The translations under genes were made by a program, and so were the position numbers. Source: Chloroflexi bacterium CSP1-4 (GTDB taxonomy: Bacteria; Chloroflexota; Limnocylindria; Limnocylindrales; CSP1-4). Taken from it: a DNA stretch of 64,000 nt. The stretch lies in assembly GCA_001443375.1 (NCBI GenBank), contig LDXM01000012.1:2089-66088 (forward strand). The letters run 5' to 3'. The notes under the pieces were generated by a model. That model worked only from the letters and a program-made list of their open reading frames with translations. It ran no database searches and was not told the origin of the DNA. Position 1 is the stretch's first letter; each line of letters starts with the position of its first letter. Shown here piece by piece: positions 28,674 to 38,312 of this stretch.

Positions 28674-31600
28674 CTATCGACCCGCCCTCGGCGCCACGCC
28701 GGGTACGAGCCCCAGCCGGATGGCCACGCTGGTCGCCTCGACGCGGCCCGACACGCCGAGCTTGGCCAGGATGTTGCGCACGTGCACGGCCACGGTTCGC
28801 TCGCTGATGAAGAGCCGCTCGGCGATCTCGCGGTTGGTGCGCCCCTCGGCGATGATCGCCAGCACCTCGTACTCGCGCGGGCTGAGGTTGAAGGGGTCGC
28901 GCGGCGGCGGCGGCTCGATGGGCAGCAGGCGCTCGCTGATGGCACGCCCGGTGGCGCTCGTGGGGAAGGCCACGAGCGGCGCGCCAGCATCGCTCCACGC
29001 GTCGGCCGCCGGCAGCCCGGCCAGGGCCTCGACGATCGTCGTCGGCGCCGTCTCCTCCGCGGACAGCTCGACTGGCCAGCGCCCGGTGGCGTCGAGGCTG
29101 AGCTGCGTCGCGTCGGCGGCCTCGGGCGCCCAGAAGGAGAACGCCGGACCGGCCACGGCGTCGGAGGGACGCCCGGGTCCGACCGCCACGATGGCGGGCC
29201 GCACCCGAGCCTCGGTTCCGGCCTCGGGCAGGGAGATCCGCCCCCGTTGCGCCAGCCGCGCCAGCTCGCGTAGGAGCGGACGTGCGGGCAGCGCCGCCGC
29301 CAGCTCCCAGGCCGCGCGCAGCGCATCCTTGGCCCGCGGCCGCTGGTCACGCGCCTGGAGGGCGGCGGCGGCCTCCCACCAGCGCGCCCTGGCGGCCGAG
29401 TACGGGACGTGCAGCTCGAGCCAGCCCTCGGCGACGGCGGCCCAGTCGGCGGGGTCCGCGCGGCCGCGTAGCCGGGAGTGGTGCGCGCGAGCGGTCGCGA
29501 CGTGGAGCCGGGCCTCCCGCGTCGAACCGAGCCCGGCCGGCATGACGTCGCCGCCCGTCCGACGCTCGGCCTCGGCCACGACCGACGCGGCAAGCTCGCC
29601 GGCCGCAGCCACGGCGCCCATGTCGCGCCGCGAGCGAGCGGCGTCGGCGACGGCGGCACAGACCTCGGCCGTGGTCGAGGCGGCCAGCGCGACCTGGCGG
29701 CGGTCGTCCGTCTGGAGGACGCGCTCCCAGCCACGCCGCGCGACGCGCTCGGCGTCCGCGATGTCGTCGCGCCAGAGTGCGAAGCTGACGGCGTTGCGCT
29801 GCACCGTCGCCGACCACTGGCCCTCGGGGACGGCCTCGAGCTGGAGGAGGATCTGGCCCACCAGGCGGCTCGCCTCCTCGTCGCCACGGGACTCGACGAG
29901 GACGGCGCCCAGCGCCAGCAGCGGGCTCCAGGCGAGGCGGCTCGGGCTCCACTCGAGAGCCGCCCGGCATTCCGCCTCGGACTCTGCCCAGCGTCCGAGC
30001 TTGAACAGGATGTCGGCGGCGTTGCCGCGCAGGAAGGCGCCGTAGGCCGCCTCTTGGCCCCACCGGCGCGCCTCCGCGATGCCTTCCTGGACGACGGCCA
30101 GGGCGGCTTCGCCACGCGCGTCGAGCTCCAGCAGGTGGGTGCGGTTGGCGTACGTCCGCATGAGGTCATCGAGCCGCCCCGCCCGACGGGCGATCGCTGC
30201 CGCATCCTCGAGGACGGCCAGCGCACGGTCGATCTCGCCGCCGTAACCAAGGTCGACGCCCAGCGTGCACGTCGCGTGGCCCAGCTCCGCGTCGGCGGTC
30301 TCCCCGGCGCCGGCGGCCGTGGACCGCGCCTGCTCCGCCAGGGCGGCGCTCTCGGGGAAGCGGCCGTCGAGCATGAGCAGCTGGGCGAGCGACCCCAGGG
30401 CGCGTGCCCGCTCGGGCGTCGGCTCGTCGGGGATGAGCTGGGCCGCCGTCTCGAGCGCGTGCTGCGCGCCCACGTGGTCGCCGGCCGCGGAACGGTACTG
30501 GCCGAGGCGCAGGTACAGCAGCCCCACCTCGACCTGGAGGTCGCGGCGGGCGTGATCGCCGCGTCGCGCGGCGTCGGCCACGGCCGACGCGCCGGCCAGC
30601 TCGGTGATCGCCTGCTGGGCGAGGCCGGCGGCGCGGCTGGCGTTGTCGTCGGCGAATGCGGCATCGGCGGCTCGGGCGAGCAGCTCCGGCGTGGAGATGG
30701 CCAGCGCGGGGACACGCGGCTCGCGCGCGTCCACGAGCTCCAGGGCCCGCTGGTAGTGCAGGAGCGTCGTGCCGCCGGGGTCGAGCCGCTCCGCCGCGGT
30801 CCCGGCCGCAAGGTGTGCGTTCCGGGCGGCGGCGAAGCGCATCGCCGCCTCCAGGTGCCACGCCTGTTCGGCCGGCGCACCGGCAAGAGTCCGGGCGAGC
30901 GCATCGTGGACGGGCTGGCGTTCGGCCGGCAACCCGAGCGCCTCGATCGCCTCCGCGTGACGTTCGTGGAGGATGGCCATGGTGCGCTGTTCGTCCCGCG
31001 AGGTGGACTCGGTCGCCAGACCGCAGGCGATGGCCTCGGCGAGCGATGCCTTGGACAACCGGCCGTCCGGCAGGTCGACCGCGAGGATCGTATCCACCGG
31101 CAACGGGCGTCGCGCGGCGGCGAGCAGGCGCAGGCAGCGCGCGGCGCCCACGCTGAGGGTAGCCAGACGGGCCCGCACGATGTCGTCGAAGGGGTCGGAG
31201 AGCCGGATCCCCTCGTGGACCTGGGCGGCGACGAGCTGCTCGGCGATGAGCGGGTTGCCGCCGCTGCCCTCGACCACGGCAGCCACGAAGGCACCGGACG
31301 GCCGCTCGCCGAGCAACGCCTCGAGCAAGCGCACGATCTCGTGCCGCTCCAGCGGCCCGACGTTCAGGCGCTCCACGCTGCCATCCGTCTCGATCGCTGT
31401 GGCCAGGCCGCTCATCGGGTGGCGGCGGTGGATCTCGTCGGGGCGGTAGGCCAGGACCAGGCAGACAGGGAGGCCGCGCCCGATGCGGAGCACGGTCTCG
31501 ACGAAACGCCGCGTGCCGGGATCGGCCCAGTGGAGGTCCTCGAGGGCGAGCAGCACGACGCCTTGCCCGGCCAGCCGCTCGAGGGTGCCCAGGATCCCCT

Positions 31601-32006
31601 CGGCGAGGCGGCTGGCCTGCTGGTCGGGGGACGAGCGCAGCGGCGCTTCCGGTACGACGCCGAGGCTCTCGAGGCGCTCGGCCAGCCCGGGCAGGAGCGC
31701 GGCGACCTCCGTGCCGGCCGGTCCCACGACGGCCGCCAGGCGTTCATCGGGCAGCCGCGCCAGGACGGGCTCGAGCGCCGCCGCGAGCGGCGCGTAGGGC
31801 ACGCCGCCGAGGGGCTCGTGGGCGGTACCGCGGGCGACGATCACGTCGGGCAGGTCCGCCAGGCGGACCTCCAGCTCGGTCACGAGGCGCGAGATGCCGA
31901 TGCCGGTCGGTCCGGTGAGCGCGAGGCGGCCCGGGCGGCGATCGGCCGCCCGTTCGAGACCGGCGGCGAGGCGTGCGAGCTCCCGATCCCTGCCGACGAA
32001 GGCCAT
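28674..32006 (-). CDS. LAL-family (large ATP-binding LuxR) transcriptional regulator with an N-terminal AAA/STAND NTPase, TPR-like middle region and C-terminal LuxR HTH
   Basis: The real start is Met-211 of the track ORF (MAFVGRDRELARLAAGL...LTGPTGIGISRLV, Walker A). VVLLALEDLHWAD is the Walker B motif. The C-terminus LSPREYEVLAIIAEGRTNREIAERLFISERTVAVHVRNILAKLGV is the LuxR HTH. The 5' 210 codons of the track ORF overlap the divergent methyltransferase gene. Confidence 0.85.
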   Translation of the reverse strand: MAFVGRDRELARLAAGLERAADRRPGRLALTGPTGIGISRLVTELEVRLADLPDVIVARGTAHEPLGGVPYAPLAAALEPVLARLPDERLAAVVGPAGTEVAALLPGLAERLESLGVVPEAPLRSSPDQQASRLAEGILGTLERLAGQGVVLLALEDLHWADPGTRRFVETVLRIGRGLPVCLVLAYRPDEIHRRHPMSGLATAIETDGSVERLNVGPLERHEIVRLLEALLGERPSGAFVAAVVEGSGGNPLIAEQLVAAQVHEGIRLSDPFDDIVRARLATLSVGAARCLRLLAAARRPLPVDTILAVDLPDGRLSKASLAEAIACGLATESTSRDEQRTMAILHERHAEAIEALGLPAERQPVHDALARTLAGAPAEQAWHLEAAMRFAAARNAHLAAGTAAERLDPGGTTLLHYQRALELVDAREPRVPALAISTPELLARAADAAFADDNASRAAGLAQQAITELAGASAVADAARRGDHARRDLQVEVGLLYLRLGQYRSAAGDHVGAQHALETAAQLIPDEPTPERARALGSLAQLLMLDGRFPESAALAEQARSTAAGAGETADAELGHATCTLGVDLGYGGEIDRALAVLEDAAAIARRAGRLDDLMRTYANRTHLLELDARGEAALAVVQEGIAEARRWGQEAAYGAFLRGNAADILFKLGRWAESEAECRAALEWSPSRLAWSPLLALGAVLVESRGDEEASRLVGQILLQLEAVPEGQWSATVQRNAVSFALWRDDIADAERVARRGWERVLQTDDRRQVALAASTTAEVCAAVADAARSRRDMGAVAAAGELAASVVAEAERRTGGDVMPAGLGSTREARLHVATARAHHSRLRGRADPADWAAVAEGWLELHVPYSAARARWWEAAAALQARDQRPRAKDALRAAWELAAALPARPLLRELARLAQRGRISLPEAGTEARVRPAIVAVGPGRPSDAVAGPAFSFWAPEAADATQLSLDATGRWPVELSAEETAPTTIVEALAGLPAADAWSDAGAPLVAFPTSATGRAISERLLPIEPPPPRDPFNLSPREYEVLAIIAEGRTNREIAERLFISERTVAVHVRNILAKLGVSGRVEATSVAIRLGLVPGVAPRAGR

Positions 32007-32033
32007 CGGCACAGGATACGCGTCCGAAGCCGG

Positions 32034-32984
32034 ATGCTGCGGGCCCACGCCAGGCGCCTGGGCGATACTGCGCCCGTGTCCGACCCTAGGCCCGCGATCC
32101 ACCCGAGCAACCGCCTCAACGAGCTGGGCGGTGAAGCCTGGCTCTACTTCACGAAATCGCTCTGGACGACGGCCTACCCGTCCGAGCTGGGCCACGCGGC
32201 GCGCAAGGCGCACGGCGCCAACAAGCCGCCGCGGCTGATGGCCCGCCTGATCGAGTTCTTCACGGTCGGCGGCGAACTCGTGCTCGACCCGTTCGCCGGC
32301 GTGGGCGGGACACTGCTGGGTGCCGCCATCTGCCGAACGCCCCGCAGGGCCCTGGGCTTCGAGCTCGAGCCGCGCTGGGCACAGGTCTACGACGAGGTGG
32401 TGCGCGCGGCGCTCGACGAGCGCGGCGGCCTTGGCCCCGAGCTGGCCGACCTCGGGCCCTCCGACCCCGGCGGCCCGCGCCGTTTCGACCCCTCGGGTTG
32501 CCGGCTGGAGGTCGGCGACGCGGTCGGGCTCCTGGCGGCGCTGCCCGAAACGTCGGTCGACTTCGTGGCCACCGATCCGCCCTACAACCCTCAGCTGAAG
32601 CTGACCATGGCCGGTGGCCCGCTGGCCGAGACGCACGCCAACCGGCGCACCGACTACGCGATGGTCACCGACTCACCGGCCGACCTCGCCAACAGCTCCA
32701 CGTACGAGGAGTACCTGGAGCGGATGGGCGCCGTCTTCGCCGAGCTTCGGCGCGTCCTGCGGCCCCGGCGGTACGCGACGATCATCGTCCGCGACGCCTA
32801 CCAGGACGGCCGCTACCGCTTTACCGGGGCGGACCTGGCCGCGCGTGCCGAGGCCGTGGGCCTCGTGCCGAAGGGCGACCTGGTCTGGTATCAGGCCGGC
32901 ACGCGGCTGCGCCCGTACGGCTATCCGCACGGTTTCGTGCCCAACATCGTGCACCAGCACATCCTCGTCGTGCGCGCCGGCTGA
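32034..32984 (+). CDS. DNA methyltransferase (N6-adenine/N4-cytosine, DNA methylase N-4/N-6 domain), apparently orphan
   Basis: Translation from the ATG at 32034 is MLRAHARRL...LYFTKSLWTTAYPSELGHAARKAHGANKPPRLMARLIEFFTVGGELVLDPFAGVGGT (motif I FxGxG). The later sequence VDFVATDPPYN is motif IV (DPPY). No restriction endonuclease gene is adjacent. Confidence 0.75.
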   Translation: MLRAHARRLGDTAPVSDPRPAIHPSNRLNELGGEAWLYFTKSLWTTAYPSELGHAARKAHGANKPPRLMARLIEFFTVGGELVLDPFAGVGGTLLGAAICRTPRRALGFELEPRWAQVYDEVVRAALDERGGLGPELADLGPSDPGGPRRFDPSGCRLEVGDAVGLLAALPETSVDFVATDPPYNPQLKLTMAGGPLAETHANRRTDYAMVTDSPADLANSSTYEEYLERMGAVFAELRRVLRPRRYATIIVRDAYQDGRYRFTGADLAARAEAVGLVPKGDLVWYQAGTRLRPYGYPHGFVPNIVHQHILVVRAG

Positions 32985-33011
32985 CGGCGACGGGCGAGCG
33001 CCGGGCTCTGG

Positions 33012-34382
33012 TTAGTGGATGCCCCGCTCACGCAGGAAGCGGGCGGCGAGGCCCTCACCGCCCAGGATCGGCTCCGGCTCGAAGATCCGGCGCAGCTGGA
33101 GTTCCCCGAAAGCCGTCCGCACGTCGTCGTCGATGTCCTCGGCGCCGGGGGCGAAGCTCGTCGGGTCCGGAGCGACGAGGTCGCCCAGCGTCATCTTGTG
33201 GACCCAGCCGACCTGGCCCAGCGGCGTGCGCACCTGCCAGTAGAGGCCGGAGCGCTCCAGCAGCTCGACCTCGTCGTCCTCATCGAGGCGCCCGATCTCG
33301 GCGCCACGGAGTTCGTCCGGCGCGTCGGTCAGGCGGACCATGCGGTAACGGATCCTGCGCCGCTCGAGATCGTCGCCAGGCGCCACGAAGGCCCGATCGA
33401 AGGTGAGCCGCTCCGAATGGAGCGGGGCGAGGCTGGTGCCGGGATCGGACCTGCGGGCCGCGGCGAGGGAGGGGCGGCGCCAGCGGGGCAGGGCCATCTC
33501 CTGGCTCGCGGCGTCGAAGCCTGTTGCCGGCCGGGTATGGTCGTTGCTCGACCGATCCGCGTCGCGCCGCTCCCGTAGGTCCTCGTCCTCTTCGCGGCGG
33601 CGCCGCTTGAACGTGAAGAGGGCCATGGCCACGGCCGCTGAGCCTGCCGCGGAGATGGCCGCGCTGCGGGAGGCGAGAAGCAACCACTCTTCGCTGCCGA
33701 AGCCGGGCAGGCGCGCGGCCAGGAGGGCGATCCCTTGCACCGGCGGTCCTTCGCCTCCGGGCGCGTCACCCGGTCCGAGGACGGACGTCGAGACATCGCC
33801 GACGGGCGCCTCAGGGAGTCCACCGTCCATACCAGGACCACCCTGCGTCTGGCCTCCGCCGGAGATGCCGTTGGAATCGGGTGCGATGACGCCGGCGACA
33901 AAGCCGCCGCCCACATCGGGGGTGGCCGTGGTGGCGGGCGTGGGGGCCGGGGTCGGCGCGGGCGTCGGTGCGGGGGCCACGGCGATCGTGCCGCCGGACA
34001 GCTCGACCGTCCGATCCTTGCCGTCGGTGGCCGCGAACGAGTAGGTATGGCTGCCGGCGTCCAGCTGCACGATGGTGCGATAGCGGGTGCCGTCGCGGAA
34101 GTTGGTGTCGGAGGCGTCCACCTGCGCCATGTCGACGGCCACGCCGTCGATGAGCACGCGGACCCAGGCCGGCTGCACGTCGTCCTTGCTGAGGTAGGTG
34201 ACGGAGAACGTGAAGGGGTCGCCGGCCGTGCCCGCCCCGGGCGAGGCCTGTCCGCCGGACAGACTCAGGGGCCCGGAAGCCCATGCCGACGCGGTGGCCG
34301 AGAGGCAGAGGAGCAGGACGAGCGGGAGGATCACGAGAAGCGCCCGCACGCGCTGGCCCCGGATGATTCCGTAGACGTTCAA
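33012..34382 (-). CDS. hypothetical bitopic membrane protein with a signal peptide, extracellular domain, Pro/Thr-rich linker, TM helix and cytoplasmic charged segment plus C-terminal domain
   Basis: 456-aa protein. The N-terminal signal is MNVYGIIRGQRVRALLVILPLVLLLCLSATASAWA. The linker is APTPAPTPAPTPATTATP. The TM is AAISAAGSAAVAMALFTF, followed by KRRRREEDEDLRERRD. Confidence 0.55.
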   Translation of the reverse strand: MNVYGIIRGQRVRALLVILPLVLLLCLSATASAWASGPLSLSGGQASPGAGTAGDPFTFSVTYLSKDDVQPAWVRVLIDGVAVDMAQVDASDTNFRDGTRYRTIVQLDAGSHTYSFAATDGKDRTVELSGGTIAVAPAPTPAPTPAPTPATTATPDVGGGFVAGVIAPDSNGISGGGQTQGGPGMDGGLPEAPVGDVSTSVLGPGDAPGGEGPPVQGIALLAARLPGFGSEEWLLLASRSAAISAAGSAAVAMALFTFKRRRREEDEDLRERRDADRSSNDHTRPATGFDAASQEMALPRWRRPSLAAARRSDPGTSLAPLHSERLTFDRAFVAPGDDLERRRIRYRMVRLTDAPDELRGAEIGRLDEDDEVELLERSGLYWQVRTPLGQVGWVHKMTLGDLVAPDPTSFAPGAEDIDDDVRTAFGELQLRRIFEPEPILGGEGLAARFLRERGIH

Positions 34383-34519
34383 AGAGATGATCCTCCGGTC
34401 CTGGGCCTATGGCCCGGAAGTGACCCGAGGATGCGCCCCTGCCGGAGCGCGGGCAATGGTACGAGGGTCCCCCCGACGATGGCCCGCGTGTCGCCATCCG
34501 GCGACGGGGGCATGACCCG

Positions 34520-35320
34520 ATGGCGCCATGGCACTCGGGGGGCGCGCGCGAGCATGATGCGCGCATGCAGGTGATCCGAGCGGCAGGTCCGCAGCGGCGA
34601 CGCGCCGCCGCCTCGGTCGTGGCGGGTCTCGTGGCCGGCCTCATCCTGCTCGCCATCGGCGCCGTCATCGTCTGGTCCATCTTCACCTCAAACCTGCTCG
34701 ACGGGCTCGACCGGGTGGGCAGCTCCGCCCTCGAACAGCAGCTGCTGGGCACGCTGGCCTGGGGGCTGGCCTTCCTCGTGCCTGGCTCGTTCGCCGTGCT
34801 GGGGCTCCTGAGCATCGTGCGGGCGGCGGATGGGCGGCCACGGAGCCGCCGCTTGCGCCCGGCGGCGTCGCTGCAGGCCGCCCTGTCCGATGACTACATC
34901 GTGGCCGAAGACGTGCGTCTGCCCGATGGGCGCCTCGTGCCCGAGATCGTGATCGGGCCGCACGGGCTGACCGTCATCGAGGAGCTTCCGCCGGCTGCTG
35001 TCAGTCGCCCCGGCAGCCACGGCTGGGAGGTGCGCGGTGCGGGTGGCCGGTGGCTCAACATCGAGAACCCGCTCGACCGCGCCGCCCGAGACGGCGAGCG
35101 GGTGCGCCGATGGCTTGGTAGTCACATGGAGGACTTCGTGCCCCGCATCAGCGTGGCCGTCGTGGCCGACGATCGGCGCGTGGCGCGCACGGCCGAGGTG
35201 GCCGTGCTGCGTCCCGAGGAGCTGCCCGGCTTCTTGGCGGCCCAGCCGGCCCTGCGCCAGATGTCGCCCGATCGCCGCGGGCGCATCGAGGCGCTGCTCC
35301 GGGAGCTGCTGGTCGCCTGA
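34520..35320 (+). CDS. NERD (nuclease-related domain)-like membrane protein with two N-terminal TM helices
   Basis: The TM segments are VVAGLVAGLILLAIGAVIVWSIF and LAWGLAFLVPGSFAVLGLLSIV. YIVAEDVRLPDGRLVPEIVIGPHGLTVIEEL resembles the NERD core. The start may be Met-16 (34565). Confidence 0.55.
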   Translation: MAPWHSGGAREHDARMQVIRAAGPQRRRAAASVVAGLVAGLILLAIGAVIVWSIFTSNLLDGLDRVGSSALEQQLLGTLAWGLAFLVPGSFAVLGLLSIVRAADGRPRSRRLRPAASLQAALSDDYIVAEDVRLPDGRLVPEIVIGPHGLTVIEELPPAAVSRPGSHGWEVRGAGGRWLNIENPLDRAARDGERVRRWLGSHMEDFVPRISVAVVADDRRVARTAEVAVLRPEELPGFLAAQPALRQMSPDRRGRIEALLRELLVA

Positions 35321-35334
35321 CGCCCTGCGGGGTG

Positions 35335-36339
35335 TTACTTCGGCTGCTGCTCCTGCAGGTTCGTCAGCAGTCCCTTGAGGTCGAAGAGGAACTGCTGTCC
35401 GCCCGGTACGACCACCACCTGCAGCTTGTCGGTGAGCTTCTGGATGTAGGTGTAGATGAGCACCGGGTCCGTCAGCGACTCGGCCAGCTGCCGGTTCGCC
35501 TCCGCCTGGCCGTTCGCCCGCTCGACCGTGGCGGTGGCCTCGCCCTTGGCCGTGACGACGTTGGCGTCGGCGGCGCCCTGCGCCTCGGCCACCCGTTGCT
35601 GGGCCTGGATCTGCTTCTGGGCCAGGATCTCGCGCTCGGTCTCGACCTGCTGCTGCGCCACCTGCTTCTGCTCGATGGCCGCCCCGTACTCGGGGCTGAA
35701 GGCGATGTTCGAGATGTAGATGTCGTCCACGATGAGGTGGTAGCGGGCGAGATTGTCGCCCAGCGCCTGCTTCGCCCGCGAGCGGATCTCGTCGCGTTTG
35801 CCCAGGATCTCGCCGATGGCGTAGGTGGGCACGACCTCCTTGATGAAGTCGTTGAAGGCCGGGTCGATGACCTTCTCTGCGAAATCGGGACCCACAAGCC
35901 GATACAGGTCGAAGGCCTGTGCCGGGTCGATGTGGTAGTTCATGTTCCCCGTCAGCTTGACGATCTGGTACTCCTTCGACGCCGCGTCGATCTCCTGGAA
36001 GGGGTGCGGCTGGACGCGCACGTCGATCAGCACGACCTGCTCCGCGATCGGTGTGACCACCTGGAGACCGGCCGGCAGCGTCCGCTCCTCGACGCGCCCG
36101 AAGTTGGTGACCACGCCGACGTGGCCGGCGGGGATCACGACCACGAAGGTCGTGACGAGAGCGATGAACATGGCCACCGCGCCGCCGATGACGAAGAGCC
36201 GCCATGCCGCGGCGAAGGGGGCCGTCTCGACGTCTCGCCCGCGGGCCGTGGCCGTGATGTGCTGCGCCCGGCCGACCACGAACGCCGAGATGCCGATGGC
36301 GACGAGAGCGCCGCCGATGATGAAGAGGATCGTAGACAT
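35335..36339 (-). CDS. SPFH/Band 7 (prohibitin/stomatin-like, HflK/C-type) membrane protein
   Basis: 334-aa protein with an N-terminal TM, PAGHVGVVTNFGRVEERTLPAGLQVVTPIAEQV (SPFH core) and a Gln/Ala-rich coiled-coil C-terminus. Confidence 0.85.
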   Translation of the reverse strand: MSTILFIIGGALVAIGISAFVVGRAQHITATARGRDVETAPFAAAWRLFVIGGAVAMFIALVTTFVVVIPAGHVGVVTNFGRVEERTLPAGLQVVTPIAEQVVLIDVRVQPHPFQEIDAASKEYQIVKLTGNMNYHIDPAQAFDLYRLVGPDFAEKVIDPAFNDFIKEVVPTYAIGEILGKRDEIRSRAKQALGDNLARYHLIVDDIYISNIAFSPEYGAAIEQKQVAQQQVETEREILAQKQIQAQQRVAEAQGAADANVVTAKGEATATVERANGQAEANRQLAESLTDPVLIYTYIQKLTDKLQVVVVPGGQQFLFDLKGLLTNLQEQQPK

Positions 36340-36454
36340 CTTGCGTTGACTCCCCTGACGAGCGGCCCGATCGGGCCAAGCCTACATCTGCGGCTGACGC
36401 GCGGGACGCCCGACCGTCACGGGCACGACACGCGCCTCCCCTATCCTGTCGGTC

Positions 36455-37645
36455 ATGCAGAGTGCCACGCTGGCGCGGCCGATCCTCGCCGCCACCGGTC
36501 TCGCCCACGAGGTCGCGGGCGCCTTCGGGGATATCGGCGTCTTCCTGCCCCTCGCGCTGGGGCTGATCGCGGTCAACGGCATGGACCCGACCCTCGTCTT
36601 CGGCCTCGCCGGTGCCTACTACCTGCTCACGGGCCGCTTCTACCGGCTGCCGCTGCCGGTCCAGCCGTTCAAGGCTGTCTCGGCCATCGCCATCGCCGGC
36701 GGGCTCTCGGCGGGCACCGTGCAGGGCGCCGCGCTGGGCATGAGCGTCGGGCTGCTGCTCCTGTCCCTGGGCCGCGCGCCGGCGATCATCGACCGCCTCT
36801 TCGCGCCGCCGGTCGTGCGCGGCATCCAGCTCGGGCTGGGCATCATCCTGCTGCAGGGCGGCCTGCAGCTCGTGGTGCGCGACCAGCGGCTGCCCGCCGG
36901 AGCAGGAACGATCGGCGCGGGTGCCCTCCTCCTGGCGGGCGTCATGGCGGTGGCGCTCGTGCAGGCGCGGGGCCGCGTTCCCGCCATCCTCGTGGCCGGC
37001 GTGGTGGGCCTCATCTGGGGGGCGCTGACGCTGCCCGCTGCCCTGCCACCGGTCTCATTGGGGCCGGTGCTGGCCCTGCCGGTTCTGCCCACCGCCGCCG
37101 AGCTGGGCACTGCCCTCGCCGTCCTCGTCCTGCCGCAGCTGCCGCTGACGCTGGGCAACTCGGTCGTCTCGACCGCGGCCGTCGCGCAGGAGTACTTCGG
37201 GGAGCGGGCCGTCCGGGTGACCCCGCGGACGCTGCTGCGCGACATGGGCCTGGCGAACCTCGCGGCGGGCCTGGGCGGCGGCATCCCCATGTGCCACGGG
37301 GCCGGCGGCCTGACCGCCCATGTGCGCTTCGGCGCCCGCACGGCCACTGCGGCCTACGTGGCCGGCGTCTTCTACCTCGTCCTCGCGGTCGGCCTCGGCG
37401 CGGCCGCGCCGGCCTTCCTGGCGCTCTTCCCGATGGCGATGCTGGGCGTCCTGGTGGGCTACGTGGGCTGGCAGCACCTGCTGCTGGTGCGGCGGCTCAG
37501 CGCGCCGGCCGACCTCGCCGTCGCGGGGCTGATCGGGGCCGTGACGCTCGTCGCGGGATCGCTCGCCCTTGGCTTCGGCGTCGGGCTTGCCGTCTACTGG
37601 GGCCGCCGGCTGGCGATCGCGCGCATCTCCAGGAAGCCCACGTAG
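36455..37645 (+). CDS. putative molybdate/sulfate transporter (MOT1/SulP-related MFS_MOT1-like permease)
   Basis: 396-aa polytopic protein with the motif GGIPMCHGAGGLTAHVRFGA, which is characteristic of the MOT1-type family. Confidence 0.6.
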   Translation: MQSATLARPILAATGLAHEVAGAFGDIGVFLPLALGLIAVNGMDPTLVFGLAGAYYLLTGRFYRLPLPVQPFKAVSAIAIAGGLSAGTVQGAALGMSVGLLLLSLGRAPAIIDRLFAPPVVRGIQLGLGIILLQGGLQLVVRDQRLPAGAGTIGAGALLLAGVMAVALVQARGRVPAILVAGVVGLIWGALTLPAALPPVSLGPVLALPVLPTAAELGTALAVLVLPQLPLTLGNSVVSTAAVAQEYFGERAVRVTPRTLLRDMGLANLAAGLGGGIPMCHGAGGLTAHVRFGARTATAAYVAGVFYLVLAVGLGAAAPAFLALFPMAMLGVLVGYVGWQHLLLVRRLSAPADLAVAGLIGAVTLVAGSLALGFGVGLAVYWGRRLAIARISRKPT

Positions 37646-37667
37646 CGCCCCGCGGCCAGGCCGCTGC

Positions 37668-38186
37668 TCAGGCCGAGGCCCCGCCCATGCGGATCGTCTC
37701 GCGCGCGCCGGGGAAGTAGGCGCCAAGCTCGATGTCGGCCTCGTAGGTTTCGATCGCGTAGCGGTTCACCCAGGCGAAGTCATGCTCGACCTCACCCAGG
37801 GCGGGAGCGCCCACGAGCGAGATGGCGACCCGCCCGAGCAACACGAAGGGTCCGCCGGGCCGGGTCAGCGAGCGTCCCGGGTCGAAGCCGGGCAGGGTCG
37901 GCATCTCGGCCACGACGTGGTACGGGCCGACCTCCAGCACCAGTTCGTGCCAGGCGGCATGGACCGGTGTCGGCGTGTCCGGGGGAGCGACGACGAGGAG
38001 CAGGTCGTCGATCTCCACGACCGCACGTGCCTGGGATTCCGACGCACTCCCGTCGAGGGGCTGCAGGGCGGCGCGCTCGACGGCGAGGCTGTCCATCGTC
38101 TCGAGCAGGTCGCCCAGCCGGTCCCGCGCGACCAGACGCGCCTGCAGCACCCCCGCCGCGGTATACGCCTCGAAGTCGGTGGCCAT
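37668..38186 (-). CDS. hypothetical protein
   Basis: 172-aa ORF with native-like composition (MATDFEAYTAAGVLQARLVARDRL...). The competing + ORF 37569..38729 is Arg/Gly/His-rich junk. Confidence 0.45.
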   Translation of the reverse strand: MATDFEAYTAAGVLQARLVARDRLGDLLETMDSLAVERAALQPLDGSASESQARAVVEIDDLLLVVAPPDTPTPVHAAWHELVLEVGPYHVVAEMPTLPGFDPGRSLTRPGGPFVLLGRVAISLVGAPALGEVEHDFAWVNRYAIETYEADIELGAYFPGARETIRMGGASA

Positions 38187-38312
38187 GCCCTTCCCTCATG
38201 GAGGTCCGTTGAGGGTGCCACGCCGGAGGCCTGTGGCCTAGACCCGTCCGTACCGCGGGTGCCGAGCGTTTCGTACCGCAACGCGGTGCGAGGATGCGCC
38301 GCGTTCGCCCCG

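Noticed and set aside
24481-32636. ORFs 26075..27781(-), 25159..26067(+), 28149..29273(+), 28315..30045(+), 28448..31294(-), 29478..32033(+), 30166..30861(-) and the first 210 codons of 28674..32636
   Set aside because: They are shadows of the GGDEF/EAL, cupredoxin and LAL regulator genes. The LAL start was moved to Met-211 because the upstream part overlaps the divergent methyltransferase and lacks the AAA N-terminus.
33329-37719. ORFs 33403..34044(+), 33735..34574(+), 33811..34815(-), 34688..36508(-, 606 aa), 35332..37719(+, 795 aa), 36640..37347(-), 37055..37726(-)
   Set aside because: They are antisense to the hypothetical membrane protein, NERD, SPFH and MOT1-like genes. They have homopolymeric RG-rich translations.
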